Notes: generated from the sequence alone by a model not told the origin. DNA of 35,791 nt from Patescibacteria group bacterium (GCA_038063735.1 JBBTUN010000008.1:29141-64931); one strand, 5' to 3'. Positions 7,826 to 19,053 are shown, counted from the first letter of the stretch. Numbers and translations are program-made.

Positions 7826-8575
7826 ATGAAATTAAGGGTTTTAGTCTGCATCTTTTTGATGGTCATCGCGCTTTTTGCCACGAGGCATGTTTTTGCCCAA
7901 AGCGTTCCCTCTTTAAGTGGAGTTGCTACCAATATCGAAATTAGCGAAAGTGATGCAAAAGTTGGAGACATACTTTCGGTAAGTGCTGCCGGATTGAAAA
8001 GGTCAGCGGTTGCTTATGACACCAATATTTATGGCGTAATTGTGGAGGCACCCGTCATTTCCATAGAACCAAAAACAGACAAGACCAAATCTGTTGCGTC
8101 AAGCGGAGTTGGCATGGTTCGGGTATCCGGTGCCAATGGAAACATAGAAGTTGGGGACTTTATTACCTCCAGCAGTACTCCCGGGTTGGGGCAAAAAGCG
8201 ACAGAGAATGGATACGTACTTGGGAAAGCAACGGCTTCTTTCAATGGTCAGGGAGAATCGTTAATTGGTGTATCAATTGAAATTGGTTTTAAACAAGTTG
8301 GAGCAAACGCACAACCAAAGGGATTTTTGCAATCGATAGTTGGTGATAGCTCAAAGCTGCGGCTAATGCTTGCAGCGATATTGGGAGTCGTTATTTTGCT
8401 GGGTTCTGTAGTTGCCTTCATAAGACTTGTTAATTCGGGGGTTATTGCAATGGGAAGAAATCCTCTTGCAAAGGCTCAAATTATGAAGGGCATGCTCATT
8501 TCCGGGTCTGTTGTTGTTTTTATTATGATTTTGGGACTCGGTGGAGCTGTGGCTTTGATAATGCTGGGGAAATAG
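7826..8575 (+). CDS. Signal peptide + exported beta-domain fused to an ATP synthase subunit c-like helical hairpin lacking the ion-binding Asp/Glu
   Basis: Signal peptide ending VFA|Q. Two C-terminal TM helices are joined by AMGRNPLAKAQI..GMLI (compare the c-subunit loop IARQPEA...L...MFI). The gene sits in the atpE position directly before atpF. Confidence 0.75.
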   Translation: MKLRVLVCIFLMVIALFATRHVFAQSVPSLSGVATNIEISESDAKVGDILSVSAAGLKRSAVAYDTNIYGVIVEAPVISIEPKTDKTKSVASSGVGMVRVSGANGNIEVGDFITSSSTPGLGQKATENGYVLGKATASFNGQGESLIGVSIEIGFKQVGANAQPKGFLQSIVGDSSKLRLMLAAILGVVILLGSVVAFIRLVNSGVIAMGRNPLAKAQIMKGMLISGSVVVFIMILGLGGAVALIMLGK

Positions 8576-8772
8576 ACGATAAAACGTAAATGGTAAATAG
8601 TAAATGGTTCAGAGGGCGGAAAATGCCCAATTAACGATGAATGATGAATGAATTATGAATTTAGAAATGCCATTGGCTGTTAGCCTTTTGCTATTAGAAA
8701 CCATGAACTACGAACCATCAACTATAAACAATAAACTAAGAACCCCGATTTAATCGGGGTTAACAATAAACC
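8576..8772. repeat. Intergenic mosaic of 7-mer repeats with a perfect palindrome AACCCCGATT-T-AATCGGGGTT (8741-8761)
   Basis: gtaaatg gtaaata gtaaatg; ccatgaa ctacgaa ccatcaa ctataaa caataaa; the inverted repeat is seen directly. Confidence 0.75.
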
Positions 8773-9324
8773 ATGAACCAACTGCCTTATTTCGATATAA
8801 ATACAATCACGCTGATATCTCTTGCAGTCGGTTTTTTGACCATGATGCTGGTGGTTTTTGTAATTTTTAGGCTGAACAAGATAAATAGCGAGGATGCGGC
8901 TCTTGGGGTAAACAAGATTATCCAAGAAAAAGTGAACAGGCAAATTGAGGAGTTGATTCAACAAAAAGTTGAGGCCATCTTTAAAACTGCCAGTACCAAA
9001 GTTGATGCCGAAGTGAATCAATTTATAGCTGACATTACAAAACTCGCTCAGGCAAAAGCCGGCGAGATCGCCGGGTTTGTTGAAAAAGCCGGGCAGGAAC
9101 AGGTCCACGAAAGTCAATTTTTTGTTGCCAATATGCTATCTAAGGTTGAAAAAGAAGTTGAAGTCTACAAGAAAAATAAAATGATCAAGGTAGATGAGGA
9201 GATAAGGCAGATTGTTCTTTCGGCTGCTCGTGAGGTAATTGGCAGGGCAATCAGTCTTTCGGAGCATGAAGACCTTGTAAGTAAGGCCCTGGAAAGAGCT
9301 AAAAAGGACAAAATATTTACATGA
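8773..9324 (+). CDS. atpF: F-type ATPase subunit b-like
   Basis: One N-terminal TM helix, a long charged coiled coil, and C-terminal IRQIVLSAAREVIGRAISLSEHEDLVSKAL typical of b; operon position fits. Confidence 0.78.
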   Translation: MNQLPYFDINTITLISLAVGFLTMMLVVFVIFRLNKINSEDAALGVNKIIQEKVNRQIEELIQQKVEAIFKTASTKVDAEVNQFIADITKLAQAKAGEIAGFVEKAGQEQVHESQFFVANMLSKVEKEVEVYKKNKMIKVDEEIRQIVLSAAREVIGRAISLSEHEDLVSKALERAKKDKIFT

Positions 9325-9920
9325 AGCAGAGAACTCAGGTATCAAAGGTATCAGAAGTATCAGAGGTGTCAAAGGTATCAAATGGAGCGGGGGCGCAAGA
9401 AGTGCCAGGAGGCGTGGGGGTACCTGATGCGACGACCATTGCTTTTAAGCCTTTTGAAAATTCTATTTATGACACACACGGGCTATTAAGAATGATGGAT
9501 GATCTTGCTCTTATTGAAAGGTCTTTGTTTCGCGACAAAGAAGGTCCAATTTCGACAAAGGCAAAAGATTTTACTACAAGCAGCATTATTTCTTTGTTTG
9601 AGGACCTTGAAAAAACCGGGCTTGAACCAACGAGTGAGCAGAAGCAACTCAAGTTTTTAAAGGATCTTGAGGAATATTTGAAGGGTTTACCTCAGGTGAA
9701 AATAAATCTTGCATTTGCGCCAACAGATACTTTTTTAGAGAAGCTTTCCAATCAAATATCTGTGGTTGTTGGAAGAAAAACCTTAATAGATCTTGTTGTA
9801 AATCAGTATCTTGTAGGCGGAGCGGAGTTTGAATTCCGCGGCAAGATAAGCAAGCAGACGCTTGAGGACAAACTGGGGGAAGTACTTGGGAAGTTGGTAG
9901 GGGTTGGTGGGTCAGTATGA
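9321..9920 (+). CDS. atpH: F-type ATPase subunit delta-like (divergent; repeat-derived N-terminus)
   Basis: C-terminal GRKTLIDLVVNQYLVGGAEFEFRGKISKQTLEDKL resembles the delta/OSCP motif VDPSLIGG...GD...DGSV..KL; it lies between b and alpha. Confidence 0.72.
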   Translation: MKQRTQVSKVSEVSEVSKVSNGAGAQEVPGGVGVPDATTIAFKPFENSIYDTHGLLRMMDDLALIERSLFRDKEGPISTKAKDFTTSSIISLFEDLEKTGLEPTSEQKQLKFLKDLEEYLKGLPQVKINLAFAPTDTFLEKLSNQISVVVGRKTLIDLVVNQYLVGGAEFEFRGKISKQTLEDKLGEVLGKLVGVGGSV

Positions 9921-10054
9921 TCAGTAGAGTCGGTAAGGTCGGTGGGTCGGTAATGTCAGTAAAGTCGGTAAATACTGACAATACTGATGGTACTGATTCT
10001 ACCGATATTACTGAATTTACTGATTCTACTGAATGATACTGATTGTACCGAATT
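9905..10054. repeat. Palindromic 9-mer repeat element, copy 3 (atpH-atpA junction)
   Basis: Same arms and centre as the leuS copies; ends just before the atpA ATG. Confidence 0.9.
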
Positions 10055-10055
10055 T

Positions 10056-11633
10056 ATGAAGGATTTTAACTCATATTTTAAAGAAACGGGTGAAATCGGT
10101 TACGTCCAGTCTGTCATTTCATCAATCTTTTATGTAAATGGACTACCGAATGCCCGGATAAATGAACTTGTCGTTACGGAAAACGGTATGGTAGGTATTG
10201 TTAAGGCCGTGATGCCGGAACTTGTTGAAGTGATGATTTTTGAAGGCCGCGATATTATTCACGACATGAAGGTTGTAAGAACAAATGAATATTTCCAAGT
10301 ACCGGTTAGTGATAGTTTTTTAGGTAGAATTATCGACCCTTTTGGTGTAAGCCAGGACCATCTTGGTCTTATTGACGAAAAACTGTTCGAATTTCGGGAG
10401 GTGGACCCTGCTGCGCCAGGTATTACTCAGCGAGTTCGGGTTAAGAGAGCGCTTAGTACAGGTGTTATGTCGGTTGACATGTTGTTTCCTCTCGGGCATG
10501 GCCAAAGGCAACTGATACTTGGTGACCCAAAAACGGGTAAAACAACTTTTGCCCTGCAGTCAATGGTTAATCAGGCGAAGGCAGGCAGCGTATGCATCTA
10601 TGTTTCTATTGGAAAGAAAAAATCGGATACCAAGTTTGCAGAGGAGTATTTAAGAGCTATGAACGTGTTTGATAAGAGCATTATTGTGGCAGCTTCCAGT
10701 TCGGATCCGGCACCAATGGTATACCTTGCTCCTTATGCAGCATTGTCCATTGCAGAGCACTTTCGTGATCAGGGTCGCGACGTGTTGGTTGTTCTGGACG
10801 ATATGACGTCTCACGCGAAGTATTACCGGGAGATATCCCTCCTGGCACGCCGCCCGCCCGGTAGACAATCTTATCCGGGAGATATTTTCCATGTACACGC
10901 AAGGCTTGTAGAAAGAGCAGGCAATATAAGGCTTGCTGATGGCAAGGAGGCAAGTATTACCCTCTTGCCGATTGCGGAAACCATGGAGGGAGACTTGTCC
11001 GGTTATATTCAAACTAATCTTATGGCTATGACTGACGGACACATATTTTTTGATGTTACCGAATTAAAAAAAGGCAGGCACCCTTCTGTTTCATTTACGC
11101 TTTCGGTTTCTCGCGTAGGAAATCAGACAAAAAGTGTGGTTGAGCGGGAACTTAACTTTGCAATTAGCACCGGTATTACACAGGCAAGGAAAGCAGAGGA
11201 GCTTGGCCGATTTGGGGTTGAGCTAACGCCCCAAACTATGCAGTACATTAGAAATAGCGCAAAAATAGACGTTATTTTTAATCAAGAAGCGAGTGTAATA
11301 TTTCCAAAATATTTCCAAATACTAATTTTAGGCCTGTTTATTGTGGGTTTTTGGAGCGAGGGCGAGGGTAGGTCAATTGAGGAGGAAATATATAAATTAT
11401 TAAGTCTTTATGAGGCAGGTAAACTAAATAAGTTTGTGCTTTCATTGCAAAGTATTGAAAATCTTGGGCAGTTACAAGCGCTTCTTAAAGAAAATGAGAC
11501 ATATTTCAATACCCTTATGAATCGGAAAGTTATAGTTAATACTATTGGGAATATGCCATCCAAAACTGGGGTGCAGGCCCCACCTGTTGTGCCGGCAAAA
11601 TCAGTTAAAGTTGAAAGGCCGCAAGCCTCATGA
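10056..11633 (+). CDS. atpA: F-type ATPase subunit alpha (divergent)
   Basis: LGRIIDPFG, GQRQLILGDPKTGKT (Walker A), YREISLLARRPPGRQSYPGDIF, TNLMAMTDGHIF, SVSRVG (Arg finger). The start is moved to MKDF at 10056 because the upstream 23 codons are repeat-derived. Confidence 0.95.
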   Translation: MKDFNSYFKETGEIGYVQSVISSIFYVNGLPNARINELVVTENGMVGIVKAVMPELVEVMIFEGRDIIHDMKVVRTNEYFQVPVSDSFLGRIIDPFGVSQDHLGLIDEKLFEFREVDPAAPGITQRVRVKRALSTGVMSVDMLFPLGHGQRQLILGDPKTGKTTFALQSMVNQAKAGSVCIYVSIGKKKSDTKFAEEYLRAMNVFDKSIIVAASSSDPAPMVYLAPYAALSIAEHFRDQGRDVLVVLDDMTSHAKYYREISLLARRPPGRQSYPGDIFHVHARLVERAGNIRLADGKEASITLLPIAETMEGDLSGYIQTNLMAMTDGHIFFDVTELKKGRHPSVSFTLSVSRVGNQTKSVVERELNFAISTGITQARKAEELGRFGVELTPQTMQYIRNSAKIDVIFNQEASVIFPKYFQILILGLFIVGFWSEGEGRSIEEEIYKLLSLYEAGKLNKFVLSLQSIENLGQLQALLKENETYFNTLMNRKVIVNTIGNMPSKTGVQAPPVVPAKSVKVERPQAS

Positions 11634-12514
11634 ACTCGCGTCTTACCATAAAAAGACTTGAGCAGTCTCTTGAGAATATTCGGTCGATTACGCGTGTATT
11701 TGAGCACACCGCTGCCAGGAAAATGGATGTAAATCGAGGCGAAATTGATAAGCTGGCAAAATACATCCAAGAAGCCCAAGAATCTTACTCTACGGTCAAA
11801 ATTGCATCTACCTTAAAATCTAAAAACCGAGAACTGGCTCTTTCGGCACCGCTTAGGGCTCCCAAAAAAAGAAAGATATTAATACTCGTTTCCTCGGAGA
11901 GTAAATATTTTGGGAATTTGATTAATTCGCTCGTTAAACTTTTTTCCGATGAGTTTAAGCAGGGAAATGCGGACGGAGTGGTTATTGGTGAAGTTGGAAA
12001 GAAACTTTTGGAAAAAGAAGGTTTTAAGGCGCCCAATGTTACCTACTTTGACTTTGATGATGATAAACCAAATTGGGAGGTGGTTTCGCGGGTTAATGCA
12101 CAGCTACCCGACTACCTGGAAGTGGTTATTTTTTATGGCCAGTACAAGAGTATTTTAACTCAGGAAATTAAGCGGGAAGATATTGCCAAAAAAGTGGTTG
12201 TGACCAGTGTGCCCGAAGCTAAAAAATATGATTTTGAGCCTAAAGGTAACAGCGCACTTGCGCTACTTGAGAAGCAGATTATTTCCAGTAATTTTTTACA
12301 AAAACTTTATGAAACAGGTTTGACAAAAAATGCTGTGGCCGTAAAAATTTTGGAAATTGGGGCAATTGCCGAGAGAATTAACGCTGCCATGATAGGACTT
12401 GCCAAGTTTAAATTAAGGCTGAATAAGGACAACAACAATAGAAAACAGACCCAATTATTTTCGTCCCGGGCTGTTTGGGCAAGGGGAGGGATATTCCCGG
12501 TGGGAGGGGAGTAA
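11630..12514 (+). CDS. atpG: F-type ATPase subunit gamma (divergent)
   Basis: N-terminal IKRLEQSLENIRSITRVFEHTAARKM, LVSSESKYFGNLIN (compare VTSDRGLCGGFN), YDFEP, ERINAA, and C-terminal NNNRKQTQL; lies between alpha and beta. Confidence 0.85.
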   Translation: MNSRLTIKRLEQSLENIRSITRVFEHTAARKMDVNRGEIDKLAKYIQEAQESYSTVKIASTLKSKNRELALSAPLRAPKKRKILILVSSESKYFGNLINSLVKLFSDEFKQGNADGVVIGEVGKKLLEKEGFKAPNVTYFDFDDDKPNWEVVSRVNAQLPDYLEVVIFYGQYKSILTQEIKREDIAKKVVVTSVPEAKKYDFEPKGNSALALLEKQIISSNFLQKLYETGLTKNAVAVKILEIGAIAERINAAMIGLAKFKLRLNKDNNNRKQTQLFSSRAVWARGGIFPVGGE

Positions 12515-14284
<1,770 letters not shown>

Positions 14285-14285
14285 G

Positions 14286-14390
14286 TTCGGTGAGATCAGT
14301 ATGATTGGTAAAGTCGGTACAGTCGGTAAATTCGGTAGTGTCGGTAAAACCAGTAAGGTCAGTATTGTCGGTGTTTGGCAAAAGGTCAGA
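14286..14390. repeat. Left arm only of the 9-mer repeat element (after atpC)
   Basis: tcggtgaga tcagtatga ttggtaaag tcggtacag tcggtaaat tcggtagtg tcggtaaaa ccagtaagg tcagtattg. Confidence 0.8.
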
Positions 14391-14481
14391 TAAAGGCCAG
14401 GCCTTGGTTTTGTTGAACTTGGCGTACGGCTTAGCACTGTGATTTGCTTTGTGCCAGTAAAATGACTTATAATACGACAAT

Positions 14482-15084
14482 ATGAGCAATGAGAAGTTTG
14501 TTCCAGATCCGCAATTTCCATACAGAAGTACTCAAGAACAAAGAGAGCACTCCAGATCTCAGTTAAGTTCCCGTACATCGAGGAGGAGGTTTTTGATAGC
14601 TGGTGGAGCCGCCGCCGCGCTTAGCACTTTGGTTTTAACAGGCAAAGCTGAAGACTTTTTGGCTTCTATTTCCCGAGAGAAAAAAGGTCCCACAGATGAG
14701 CAGAAAGAGGTCTATAACCACTTAGTAGTAGAAAGGTTTGATGTTATAACAGATTTAGTGCTTGCTGGAGAACCTACTTTGCCATCAAATCTTCGAAATA
14801 GGCCATACACGCCGCGTGATTACGAAAAGCCGGTAGGTGATGTGATAAGTAAGATTGGAAAAACTATTCCCGTGGGCGATGGTTTTGTTGTCATGGGAGA
14901 TGACCCAAGTGAGCAACATAGAATTAGTAATAGTGATCCGTGGATAGCAATCTTAAACCCACTCCGGGATAAAAGCAAAGCACCTAGACCCGAAGATGTG
15001 GTTTTCAGCCATTACGGTAATTTTGTCCTAACTAACGAACAACTTATCCAGGTCATGAAAGCTGCCCAGCGTCTGGCTGCTTGA
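14482..15084 (+). CDS. Hypothetical membrane-anchored/exported protein with twin-arginine-like motif
   Basis: 200-aa ORF with SRRRFLIAGGAAAALSTLVL; TATAAT lies 8 nt upstream of the ATG. Confidence 0.75.
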   Translation: MSNEKFVPDPQFPYRSTQEQREHSRSQLSSRTSRRRFLIAGGAAAALSTLVLTGKAEDFLASISREKKGPTDEQKEVYNHLVVERFDVITDLVLAGEPTLPSNLRNRPYTPRDYEKPVGDVISKIGKTIPVGDGFVVMGDDPSEQHRISNSDPWIAILNPLRDKSKAPRPEDVVFSHYGNFVLTNEQLIQVMKAAQRLAA

Positions 15085-15116
15085 AGTCTGCTTGACAGTC
15101 ACTTAGAATTTACTTG

Positions 15117-15590
15117 ATGCGGGATCATGATTGGTTACAAGAGCAATTAGAGTATCTTCTAAAAACATATTTTTCCGGCGTTCTACTAACTAATCCACTT
15201 GAGATTAAGTGGGGAAGAGAGGCAAAATACAGGTTCGGATCTATAAAGCTGGTGTCTTATAAAAGTATCAAATGGGACAAAGGTCACAAAGGCATCAAAG
15301 GGTTGATTCGGCTTGGGGATACACCCAAGAAAAGCCTGATAACGATTACCTCGATGTTTTGCGACGGGACAATTCCGGTTGGAGTTGTGCACTACACGAT
15401 TGCTCATGAACTTTGCCACTACGCGCACGGATTTTCCAGTACGAATAAACGTATGTTCAGGCATCCTCACCATGGCGGGATAATAAACAAGGAGTTAACA
15501 GAGCGTGGTGCACAAGATTTGATTCCAATTTTTAAAAAATGGCTTAGGGAGTATAGAAAGCAGATTCTTGATGGCAGACAACGGATATGA
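15117..15590 (+). CDS. SprT-like/minigluzincin zinc metalloprotein
   Basis: IKWGREAKYRFGSI, IAHELCHY (HExxH), and a downstream HPHHGG. Confidence 0.75.
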   Translation: MRDHDWLQEQLEYLLKTYFSGVLLTNPLEIKWGREAKYRFGSIKLVSYKSIKWDKGHKGIKGLIRLGDTPKKSLITITSMFCDGTIPVGVVHYTIAHELCHYAHGFSSTNKRMFRHPHHGGIINKELTERGAQDLIPIFKKWLREYRKQILDGRQRI

Positions 15591-15756
15591 TTGCTAGGAT
15601 TTCGGCTTATAGTGGAGAAGCGGTAGGAGGTTAGGGTTAGGATGTCGGTATGGTAAGGCGGTAGAGTGAGGAGATATTCAAATACTCTAAACACACCACG
15701 CTACTTTACTTGACAGTTTGGGTAAATTTACCCTACGATTAAGTTAAGCCTGCCAA

Positions 15757-18552
15757 ATGATTAGAAAAAAAAGACCCCTTGAGGATCTTATAACTCCTTT
15801 AGTTGAGAGACTGTCTTCTTTTGAAGCAATACTTGTTGAGGTAATTATTTGTCTGATAATTTTTATTTCGGTACTGACTCCGAAGGTTGCACAAGCAAGT
15901 ACACCCGGCAAGGCCAGCTTAGCGGTTAGTTGGGACAGGCCTGGTTACGCAAAAGTAACGGCGACGTATACCGATGGGACTGATACTGGATTTAAATGTA
16001 GCGGGCTGACTAGTTGCACAATTGGTCCTTTTTGGGGGACACCTGTAATTAATTACGTGGTAAAGGATGCCTCTACAAATTACCCGATTAAAGATGGTTC
16101 TATACGGACTTTTGCAAATTCCGTTGGTCAAGGTTTTGCGACTATTTCTTGGAATTGGACTTATGAGTTGCAGGTTTATCCCGAAAATGCTGGGAGCTGC
16201 ACTAATGCGGGAAGTGAGTGCCGCAAGGCTAATTATGTTAATAATAATGCATCCATTCCTCAATCTTATGTTGATCTTCTAGCCGGTCGGAATTATCGTG
16301 TGATTGTTTGTTTGACAGCCTGTACTTTTTATGCCCCTCAGCTTAAATCTTATACCGAGACAACTGGTACTCCGGCAACTGCTTTGGCAGTTTCCAGTTT
16401 TAGTGCGACTTGTAATGCGTATGGACTTGTGAATGCAGATTTTACCTGGAACCGGGCAACTGGGCGCAGTTATGATCTGCAATATCTGGATAAATCAACA
16501 GATGCCAATTGGCCAACCGGAGTAAATGTGCCTTTTGGTGCCAATCCCAATAAGTTAAGTGTTACGGATCTTTTTCCCAACCAGGCGTACCACTTTCGAA
16601 TAAATAGCCGAATTTACGGTAATCATATGTGGGACACTTCCGACACAGTAAATTTTACAGTTCCAAATTGTACGGTTCCCAATAAACTGGTAACGGCAAA
16701 AGCGGTGTTAGTTAGCCCAATTGCGACAAACCCTACCGGAATGGTTTGTTCTACGACTTCGGGCGTTGTTGTAAACTTTAAGTGGCAGGCAGCAACTATT
16801 AATGGTGGAACCTATGATTATGCCTATATTGATTATTCGGTTTATAACGATAATTTTGTTCTTCCATACAAAAATTCGGTGCTTGGTCCGAGCGCGACAA
16901 TTTTTGGGGGTTCTGGCTTTTCCGGCGGGATAAATTATTACTGGCGCCTAAACTATCACGTGGCTGCTTCGAATCTATGGGTAACTTCGGATACGGGAAG
17001 TTTTACAACTCCAAGTTGCGTCACGCCTCCAGTCGGTGGCGGCTGTACTTTTACGAATAGCGCTAAACAGCTACAAAAGTATGGGGATGTTAGTGGCGAT
17101 GGACGCATAACTACAGGTGACGCGACTTTAGTTAAAAGATACGTTGCCGGTGTAGACAAGCAGCTAATGGGGGATAGAACAGCTGCAGACGTTAACGGCA
17201 TAAATGGAGTGGATAGTACAGACGCAGATCTTATCAATCAATATTACTTTAAGATTATTACAACATTTCCGGTGTGCAGTGTCACAGTAACCGAGCCTCT
17301 TACCTGCAGCAGGGTCGATGTAAGCGGTAATGGTGTAGTAGATGCTAATGATGGCACTTTTATTAGGCGGAATTATTCATCCTCGGTAGCCTATAATGCT
17401 AAATATGACCTTAATAATGACAAAATTGTAGATGCTTTAGATTTGAATATAGTGTATTCCCCGGCTTATTATGGTAAAAACTGTTTTGCTAGGACAGGCG
17501 CTGTAAATACAGTGTGCACTGCGCTTGCTCCCGGAAGTATTGTGGATGTTACTTTTAACTGGATGCCGGCAAATGGAGATCCGGGTATAAAGACGCAATG
17601 GCTGGACTATGACACTTCTGATCATGGGACGGGTGGAGGGTGGCCGGCTGGTAAGCAGTTAGCTCCTGGAGTAAACACCTGGGCTACGTCTGCATTCCCC
17701 CAGGGAACGACTTATTTTTGGAGAGTTAACACCCAGTATGCGGATGGGTCCTGGAAGAGTTCTAAAACCCCGAGTACTTTTACGACTGCGGATTGCACAC
17801 CTGTGCCTACTAATTTATTGGCTACTCCGGCAACGACTGAAAAGTTAGCGGATGGAACGCCGTGCGCCTCCGGACCATATAGCGTTGCATTTAAATGGGA
17901 TAACCCAAATAAGGGAGTCGGCTGGTATATAGATGTGACTAGCACTTTGGGATTCCCGCCCGGTGGTTTTTCTAATAAATTGATAGATGGTAATACCATT
18001 TTGTTGACTACGGGGTCTGACTTAAATGTGCCGATGCAGTTTCGACCCGGCCTAATCTACTACTGGAGAATTTTTAATGGAGTAAAAGCTTATGGTGGAA
18101 ATAGTGTTTCGGTTGCAGCTTGTCCAACGGTGGAAACTCCTGGTGGCAGAGGGGTAGGGGCTTCTAGCGATGCGATTAAAAATTATATCAAGACCACAAT
18201 TGGCGACAGACTAGCCACAGTACCAACCTTTGGTCCGACTGTAAGCTTCGGAAAATACTTATGGGGTCTTGCCTTGTGTGAAGGTTATGGAACTCCAGAT
18301 CCGGACGCAATAAATCCAAATGGTCATTATGGATTGTATCAATATTCAACATCATCTTGGAATAATTTTAATAGCGCCAGAGGTATCTCACCAGCTCCAA
18401 ACATATATGCAGCGTTCGATCAGATAGACACTACCGCTTATGTACTAGAAAGAGCCAATTGGGATGCGTTCAACTTTACTAACAACTGGCCGGAATGTAA
18501 TGATGGTAATCGTGCCGTAATTGAATGGACGACTTATGCAGATACCTGGTAA
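15757..18552 (+). CDS. Large secreted multidomain protein: FN3-like repeats, two dockerin modules, C-terminal Rpf/lytic-transglycosylase-like domain
   Basis: Signal ending AQA|S; repeated beta-domains ending Y(Y/F/H)(W/F)R; four Ca-loops (DVSGDGRITTGD, DVNGINGVDSTD, DVSGNGVVDAND, DLNNDKIVDALD); LALCEG...NGHYGLYQY..SSW...DQI...WPEC matches the Rpf pattern. Confidence 0.85.
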   Translation: MIRKKRPLEDLITPLVERLSSFEAILVEVIICLIIFISVLTPKVAQASTPGKASLAVSWDRPGYAKVTATYTDGTDTGFKCSGLTSCTIGPFWGTPVINYVVKDASTNYPIKDGSIRTFANSVGQGFATISWNWTYELQVYPENAGSCTNAGSECRKANYVNNNASIPQSYVDLLAGRNYRVIVCLTACTFYAPQLKSYTETTGTPATALAVSSFSATCNAYGLVNADFTWNRATGRSYDLQYLDKSTDANWPTGVNVPFGANPNKLSVTDLFPNQAYHFRINSRIYGNHMWDTSDTVNFTVPNCTVPNKLVTAKAVLVSPIATNPTGMVCSTTSGVVVNFKWQAATINGGTYDYAYIDYSVYNDNFVLPYKNSVLGPSATIFGGSGFSGGINYYWRLNYHVAASNLWVTSDTGSFTTPSCVTPPVGGGCTFTNSAKQLQKYGDVSGDGRITTGDATLVKRYVAGVDKQLMGDRTAADVNGINGVDSTDADLINQYYFKIITTFPVCSVTVTEPLTCSRVDVSGNGVVDANDGTFIRRNYSSSVAYNAKYDLNNDKIVDALDLNIVYSPAYYGKNCFARTGAVNTVCTALAPGSIVDVTFNWMPANGDPGIKTQWLDYDTSDHGTGGGWPAGKQLAPGVNTWATSAFPQGTTYFWRVNTQYADGSWKSSKTPSTFTTADCTPVPTNLLATPATTEKLADGTPCASGPYSVAFKWDNPNKGVGWYIDVTSTLGFPPGGFSNKLIDGNTILLTTGSDLNVPMQFRPGLIYYWRIFNGVKAYGGNSVSVAACPTVETPGGRGVGASSDAIKNYIKTTIGDRLATVPTFGPTVSFGKYLWGLALCEGYGTPDPDAINPNGHYGLYQYSTSSWNNFNSARGISPAPNIYAAFDQIDTTAYVLERANWDAFNFTNNWPECNDGNRAVIEWTTYADTW

Positions 18553-18558
18553 AAAAGA

Positions 18559-19053
18559 ATGAAAAAAGTAACAAAAGAAACACACTTACAACTACTGCTA
18601 ATAATACTGTTAATTGCTGCGGTTATCCTGATGATACAAGTGCCTTTTAATAAAAAGGCTGCCGTTTTGACACCTAAACCTTCGCCACAACCCTATGTTG
18701 CCAAACCAATGAGCCAGGAAGCAAAGGATTTGAAGGCTACATTAGTTAAGACAGATAAATATGTTGGTGATTTAACTCTTGTTGATGAGGCCAAATTTAA
18801 GGTCGAGTATTTAATTTCCAATGAAGAGTTCATGGTGACAGTTAAAGAGTCCCCATATATAACCTCAAAGAAAGCGGCGGAAGGTTGGTTTATTAATCAA
18901 GGTTTTGTTGATTTTGACCTTTGCACATTAGATATCACTTTTGTGCCTGCAAAAGGAGTTACAGATACATTGGAAGCGCGTGATATGGTTTTTGACAGAT
19001 GCCCTGTGCCAGACAAAGAAGAAGCGACTCCAGAAGCTAATTTAGCGCGATAA
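18559..19053 (+). CDS. Hypothetical single-TM exported protein, probably co-transcribed with the transglycosylase gene
   Basis: Starts 6 nt after the upstream stop; N-terminal TM helix, Pro linker, Cys pair. Confidence 0.8.
   Translation: MKKVTKETHLQLLLIILLIAAVILMIQVPFNKKAAVLTPKPSPQPYVAKPMSQEAKDLKATLVKTDKYVGDLTLVDEAKFKVEYLISNEEFMVTVKESPYITSKKAAEGWFINQGFVDFDLCTLDITFVPAKGVTDTLEARDMVFDRCPVPDKEEATPEANLAR

Noticed and set aside
9987-10055. N-terminal extension MVLILPILLNLLILL of AtpA as a signal or TM segment
   Set aside because: It is the repeat element's right arm read in another frame; the likely start is ATG 10056.
10040-10070. Both genes directly following a 9-mer element (atpA and the M16 peptidase) begin MKDF
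   Set aside because: With only two cases, and leuS beginning MKDY without an element, this is probably N-terminal codon bias rather than a target site.
14431-14457. Second CIRCE-like site TTAGCACTG-N9-TTGTGCCAG
   Set aside because: It has five mismatches to consensus, which is compatible with chance.
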